Translations under genes and position numbers: made by a program | Shown here: piece after piece, positions 59,338-64,000 of the stretch | How positions within the stretch are numbered: position 1 is the first letter of the stretch | Layout of the letters: every line of letters begins with the position of its first letter | The notes under the pieces: model-generated | Seen by the model: the letters and a program-made list of their open reading frames with translations, nothing else | What the model was told of the DNA's origin: nothing | Databases searched by the model: none | Assembly (NCBI GenBank): GCA_963826715.1 | Contig: CAWGYA010000008.1 | Coordinates: forward strand, 736,001-800,000 | DNA: 64,000 nucleotides | DNA from: Candidatus Bathyarchaeota archaeon | GTDB lineage: Archaea; Thermoproteota; Bathyarchaeia; Bathyarchaeales; Bathycorpusculaceae | Direction: 5' to 3'

Positions 59338-60216
59338 ATGAAAATATTACTTTCTGGAGCCGCAGGAATGCTTGGCAGTGCATTATGCCCTACTTTAAAG
59401 GATAGAAAACATGATGTAATTGCTACAGATTTGATGCCCCCCACAGATGAAATTAAATTCCTTGATGTTAGAAATTTTAATCAAGTAGACGACATGGTGA
59501 AACTCATCAAGCCAAATATCGTTATGCATTTAGCAGCGGAAACAGATGTTGATCGATGTGAACTTGAACCTGATCATGCCTTTTTGACTAATACTATCGG
59601 GACCCAAAATGTTAGCATTGCTTGCCAAAAGCAGAATATCATAATGGTTTACATTAGCACCATAGGTGTTTTTCATGGTGACAAGGTGGAGCCATATACA
59701 GAGTTTGATACCCCAAATCCAATAAATATTTATGGTCAAAGCAAGCTCGAGGGTGAAAAAATCGTTCAGTGTCTTTTAAATAGGTATTATATAGTTCGGG
59801 CTGGTTGGATGATTGGTGGTGGACCTAAAAGGGACAAAAAGTTCATAGGCAAAATAATACGAAAAATGGATGAGACTCACAGTTTGAAGGCTGTTAATGA
59901 TAAGATCGGAAGTCCCACGTACACAGTAGATTTTTCCAGATGCTTAGCTGATCTTATTGAAACGGGTTATTTTGGTCTTTATCACTGTACCAATAAGGGA
60001 TATTGTTCAAGATTTGATGTTGCTAAAAAAATCGTTGAGATTTTTGGTAGATCTGATGTTACTATAGAACCTGTTAGTTCTGCGCATTTCCCTTTGCCTG
60101 CTGCACGTGCGAGATCAGAAATGTCTAGAAATTATAAGCTAGATCTAATAGGTATGAGCCCAACAAGAAATTGGGAAGATGCTCTTGAACATTATATAAA
60201 TACCTCTTGGAAGTAA
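59338..60216 (+). CDS. rfbD: dTDP-4-dehydrorhamnose reductase-like SDR
   Basis: 'GAAGMLG', 'HLAAETDVDRCE', 'YIST', 'PNPINIYGQSKLEGE', 'DKIGSPTY'. Confidence 0.85.
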   Translation: MKILLSGAAGMLGSALCPTLKDRKHDVIATDLMPPTDEIKFLDVRNFNQVDDMVKLIKPNIVMHLAAETDVDRCELEPDHAFLTNTIGTQNVSIACQKQNIIMVYISTIGVFHGDKVEPYTEFDTPNPINIYGQSKLEGEKIVQCLLNRYYIVRAGWMIGGGPKRDKKFIGKIIRKMDETHSLKAVNDKIGSPTYTVDFSRCLADLIETGYFGLYHCTNKGYCSRFDVAKKIVEIFGRSDVTIEPVSSAHFPLPAARARSEMSRNYKLDLIGMSPTRNWEDALEHYINTSWK

Positions 60217-60303
60217 ATTCAAAAATTTTTTCGGATTTTTCTTATTTTATTTATCCCTCTTTAAATAAATACAATTATTCCTTAAATTAGCCTTTGTGAT
60301 AAT

Positions 60304-61410
60304 ATGAGAATTGCCTTTTTAGCAACCATGGGAATTCCCGCTCGCTATGGTGGCTTTGAGACGTGTGTGGAAGAGGTCGCTACTAGACTTGCTAAACAAG
60401 GACATGAAGTAATCGTGTATTGCGGTTATTGGGGTTCTAAGCCAAAACTAAAATCCTATAAAAACATTCAGCTAGTTTATTTTCCCTGTTTAAAAAATAA
60501 ATTCCTTGATTTTCCACTTCGTGCAATGCTTTCTACCTTAGATTTACTACGACGAAGAGTTAATATTGCTCACTTTTATGGTTCTGATGCTTGGCCGTTT
60601 ACGCTGTTAACTAGACTAATGTCGATAAAAACCGTTCTTACTCTGGATGGGTTAGTTTGGAAAAGATCAAGTTACCCTACATTAGTGCAGAAGATATTGT
60701 TTCTGACAGCTAGCCTTGCTTTTTATTTTCCGAATTCTACAATAGTTGATTCCATGTTTGTTCAACATTGGTATCAACAAAATATCGGCAAGAGCCCCGT
60801 CTATGTTCCTTATGGCGCTAATATTAATCTGAATAAGCCCGAAGAGAAAAACTTAGTTAAGAGAGGCTTGTCTAATGGAAAATACATCTTATTTGTTGGA
60901 AGGTTGGTAAGGGAGAAAGGTGTTCATTATCTGGTTGAGGCGTTTAAAATGCTCAAAACCAACTATAACTTGGTGATCGTTGGCTCAGATCCATATAACA
61001 AAGACTATGAGTTATATTTAAAAAAGATAGCAAATGAAAAAACGGTTTTTTTAGGGAAGGTTTACGGAAAAGAGGTTGAGACTCTGTATTCTGGGGCTTA
61101 CCTTTATGTTACACCCTCTGATCTCGAAGGGACATCTCCTGCCCTTCTTACTGCAATGGCTTTTGGAAAGTGTGTGCTAGTTAGTGATATTCCTGAAAAT
61201 CAGGAAACTGTTGGAGATGCTGGATTCTTATTTAAGCAGGGGGATGTTGACGATTTATCTCAAAAATTAAATTTTCTTATAGAAAATCCTACTATTGTTG
61301 AGCAAACTGGGTTGAAAGCAGTAAATCGTATAAAAACAACTTATAATTGGGACTTGATAGCTAGTCAAATCGCAAAAATTTATGCTAAACAATTTGCATT
61401 TACTAGCTAG
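60304..61410 (+). CDS. GT4 glycosyltransferase (DUF1972-type N-terminus)
   Basis: 'GIPARYGGFET', 'DGLVWKR', 'FVGRLVREKG', 'EGTSPALLTAMAFG', 'SDIPEN'. Confidence 0.9.
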   Translation: MRIAFLATMGIPARYGGFETCVEEVATRLAKQGHEVIVYCGYWGSKPKLKSYKNIQLVYFPCLKNKFLDFPLRAMLSTLDLLRRRVNIAHFYGSDAWPFTLLTRLMSIKTVLTLDGLVWKRSSYPTLVQKILFLTASLAFYFPNSTIVDSMFVQHWYQQNIGKSPVYVPYGANINLNKPEEKNLVKRGLSNGKYILFVGRLVREKGVHYLVEAFKMLKTNYNLVIVGSDPYNKDYELYLKKIANEKTVFLGKVYGKEVETLYSGAYLYVTPSDLEGTSPALLTAMAFGKCVLVSDIPENQETVGDAGFLFKQGDVDDLSQKLNFLIENPTIVEQTGLKAVNRIKTTYNWDLIASQIAKIYAKQFAFTS

Positions 61411-61636
61411 ATCTATCAAAATTAATGTTAATCCAGCATAAATGGATAAAGTAGTCATTGAATAAAGTGTCAGGCAATTGGGAGAGTCTCAAAAAATTTT
61501 TGAGAAAATAGGTTCTAACTTTTAATGAATGACTTGGTCATAAATGCTCTTTTTTATTATCCTCACGCTATATTTGTTATAGCAGCTAGAAAACCTTAAA
61601 TGAAATCTGACAATAGAGAAATTGGTGAAATAATTC

Positions 61637-62788
61637 TTGAAGACAAAAGTGGCAGTTGTTGGAACTGGTGCAATGGGCCGGGGAATTGTTCAGGTGGTTC
61701 AAAGATCCCTTGATATGGAAATTGTCGCAATTGCAGATATAGATCCTCAGGCTATAGAGAATGTCAAACCATTTCTACCAGCGGATGCCTTAGCAACAAC
61801 TAATCCTTATGATGTCTTCAATAAAAAACCTGATGTCTTGGTTGAGGCTTCACCAAGTATTACTGATGCTGCTCTATTGCTTAGTTCTGCTATTGCCAAA
61901 GGAATTCACGTCGTTCTAATGAACGGTGAAGTTGACCAGGTCTTTGGACGTTTATTGGCAAAGAAGGCCAAAGCAAATGGGGTAATTCTAACTTCTGACG
62001 CCGGAGACCAGCACGGTGTTTTGCTTCGCAAAATCGAAGAGGTTCAATCTATGGGCTTAAAAGTAATCATGGCTGGCAATAATAAGGGATTTTTGAACAA
62101 GCATGCAAATCCCACCTTACTTATAGAAGAGGCTGCAAAAAGGCGTCTTTCACCTAGTCAGTGTACAGCATACACTGATGGAACAAAGCTATCGATTGAG
62201 ATGGCCATAGTCGCAAATGCGACTGGATTCGGTCTATTACAAACTGGTATGTGTGGTCCACGAGTAGAATGTGTGGACGACGCTTTGAATGCTTTTGATT
62301 TAGACAAATGCCGAGAGCTTGGCGGGGTTGTTGACTACGTTTTGGGTGCCAAACCTGGAGGTAGTGTCTTTGTGATAGGTTACTCAGATGACCCTGGAGA
62401 TAAATTCTTCTTGGATTATTATAAGATGGGGGAGGGGCCGTACTATCTTTTCTTGAGACCTTATCATTTATGTCATTTTGAGACCCCGTATGCTATTCAG
62501 AGGCTTATTAAGTATAAAGAACCTGTTTTGGTTCAGAATAGTCGGGTTTTAGAGGTTGGTAGTCGTGCCAAAATTGATCTTAAAAAGGGCACTGCTTTGG
62601 ACGGCATCGGCGGTTATCATTTGTATGGCGTGTTGGAAAAACCAAGTAGTTTACCAATAGGGTTATCTAAAAATACAACCCTGAAAAGGGAAAAGAAGAA
62701 AGATGAACCAATCGAATGGGATGACGTTGATTTTCCAAAGGATGACCCTCGATTGGCGCTATGGGCGGAGCAAGAAAAAATTAGTTAA
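61637..62788 (+). CDS. NAD(P)-dependent oxidoreductase with C-terminal SAF domain (COG4091-like)
   Basis: 'VVGTGAMG', 'HVVLMNGE', 'GDQHG', 'DGTKLSIEM', 'YKMGEGPYY.F.RPYHLCH', 'LDGIGGY', 'LPIGL'. Confidence 0.85.
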   Translation: MKTKVAVVGTGAMGRGIVQVVQRSLDMEIVAIADIDPQAIENVKPFLPADALATTNPYDVFNKKPDVLVEASPSITDAALLLSSAIAKGIHVVLMNGEVDQVFGRLLAKKAKANGVILTSDAGDQHGVLLRKIEEVQSMGLKVIMAGNNKGFLNKHANPTLLIEEAAKRRLSPSQCTAYTDGTKLSIEMAIVANATGFGLLQTGMCGPRVECVDDALNAFDLDKCRELGGVVDYVLGAKPGGSVFVIGYSDDPGDKFFLDYYKMGEGPYYLFLRPYHLCHFETPYAIQRLIKYKEPVLVQNSRVLEVGSRAKIDLKKGTALDGIGGYHLYGVLEKPSSLPIGLSKNTTLKREKKKDEPIEWDDVDFPKDDPRLALWAEQEKIS

Positions 62789-62916
62789 TAGTTTATATTG
62801 TTTAAGATGAAAGTACTAGTTTGTGACGCCAATATCTTAATTTAAGGGTGACTCGGTATTGGAAATAATTTTCTGTTATATTTTGGTCTAATATTTAATT
62901 TGGGTGTTTCGGTTAA

Positions 62917-64000
62917 ATGGATGAGTTTATTTTTAATTCTTCTATGAGCGGTAACAAACTTTTCAGTACAGTGACCGTTCCAAAAAGCTTACTGAAATAC
63001 TTCAATTCCAATAAATTATATGTTCATTATGATACTTCTATCTCTGCTGACTTGAGTATTCTTAATATACCCTTAATTTCAAATATTCTGCCCTTAGCAT
63101 GGTTAACTGGAAAGGATGTGCATGTTGAGACTCTTGATAAGAATTATGTTCAAGCAATGAACGCACTTAAACATGAGTTTAATTTGATATTTCCGCGGGG
63201 AAGGTTCAAAACAAAGATTGTAGTCGATGATTTAGTTGAGAACGAGACTAAATCTAAAGAGACTGCTCTTCTGTTTACGGGCGGAATTGATTCTACATAC
63301 TCAATGATAGACAAAATCAGTCTCAAACCTCGACTCATAATGTTTTCAGGTATACAACATTATCAATTGCACCCATCATTCGAAAAGCGCGACAGATTTG
63401 TAACAGAAATATATCGTAAATTCGCTGATCGCCAGGGACTTGATATAAATTTTGTCAAAACAAATATCATAGGAGTACTTAATGACATCCGAATAGCACA
63501 CGATTTCCATAAGATTCTACGCGGTACTAGCTTATGGTTGGGTCTACAATTTCCTCTTGTCCTACTGAGTCTTCCTGCACCACTATCAATAGGTCGATTC
63601 AATAAATTGCTTATTTCCGGCAGTGTTGATCCAACCCATAATTATTCATTGTATCCTCACTCTTCACAACCTCGGATAGATGAAAAATTTGCTTGGGCTG
63701 ATCTTAAGGTAACTCATCATGGATACATTCATAGATTCAGTAAAACTGGTTTAATAAAAGAGTACTCAAAAAATAACAAAATTGAGATAAATGTTTGTAA
63801 TAAACCCCCACCAAATTTGTTGAACTGTAGTGCTTGCGAAAAATGTTATCGTACTATTGCATCTTTGGTTCTAGAAGGTGTAGATCCTAATCAATGTGGT
63901 TTCAATGTGAACGATTCAACTTTTAAGTTGATGCAGCAGATGTTTATAAAAAAGAAAGCTGACTCTCTTGCCGTTGACTCAATCTGGAGAAAATTACAGG
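62917..64000 (+). CDS. PP-loop-like protein with CxxCxKC motif, truncated by the window end; absent from the ORF track
   Basis: My translation from ATG 62917 stays open to the edge: 'ALLFTGGIDSTYS', 'HSSQPRIDE', 'NVCN..LNCSACEKCYRT'. Confidence 0.75.
   Translation, partial: MDEFIFNSSMSGNKLFSTVTVPKSLLKYFNSNKLYVHYDTSISADLSILNIPLISNILPLAWLTGKDVHVETLDKNYVQAMNALKHEFNLIFPRGRFKTKIVVDDLVENETKSKETALLFTGGIDSTYSMIDKISLKPRLIMFSGIQHYQLHPSFEKRDRFVTEIYRKFADRQGLDINFVKTNIIGVLNDIRIAHDFHKILRGTSLWLGLQFPLVLLSLPAPLSIGRFNKLLISGSVDPTHNYSLYPHSSQPRIDEKFAWADLKVTHHGYIHRFSKTGLIKEYSKNNKIEINVCNKPPPNLLNCSACEKCYRTIASLVLEGVDPNQCGFNVNDSTFKLMQQMFIKKKADSLAVDSIWRKLQ

Noticed and set aside
1-64000. CRISPR arrays, IS elements, rRNA, and the many short antisense ORFs in the track
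   Set aside because: No regularly spaced repeats, transposase motifs or rRNA-like sequence were seen. The short ORFs are shadows of well-supported genes.

Overview
Archaeal chromosomal window, most likely Bathyarchaeia. This is inferred from Rpo12, Trm112, an archaeal CODH/ACS operon, a PQQ-like beta-propeller surface protein, DUF1616 and frequent TTG/GTG starts. From left to right it holds: a doubly frameshifted Kef-type antiporter; a ~10 kb amino-acid/peptide-modification locus (two paralogous PLP fold-II enzymes, DUF1611, a PP-loop Zn protein, a GNAT, an enolase-family epimerase, an M14 peptidase, two deoxyhypusine-synthase-family genes); argS; tRNA-Leu(GAG); a Met/Cys cluster (metY-metX-metW, cysK-cysE) around two divergent regulators with a shared palindromic operator; a large surface protein; lrp and guaA; a nucleotide-sugar operon containing a dehydrogenase-like gene without its catalytic motifs; trm112, trm5-like, rpo12 and tyw1; cooC, flavodoxin, cooC and cdhABCDE; a purF-purD-HAD-Ftr-like-PfkB operon; and the start of an AT-rich surface-glycosylation locus. 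The best candidate for an undescribed system is the purF-purD operon. There an EhaR/EhaS/EhaT-like HAD + formyltransferase + kinase trio sits where PurN/PurT would be expected. Also notable are the ATAAC-N3-GTTAT sulfur operator, two genes that appear to need NTA start codons, and the D-amino-acid/peptide-epimerase locus. All calls come from reading motifs by eye; no searches were run.
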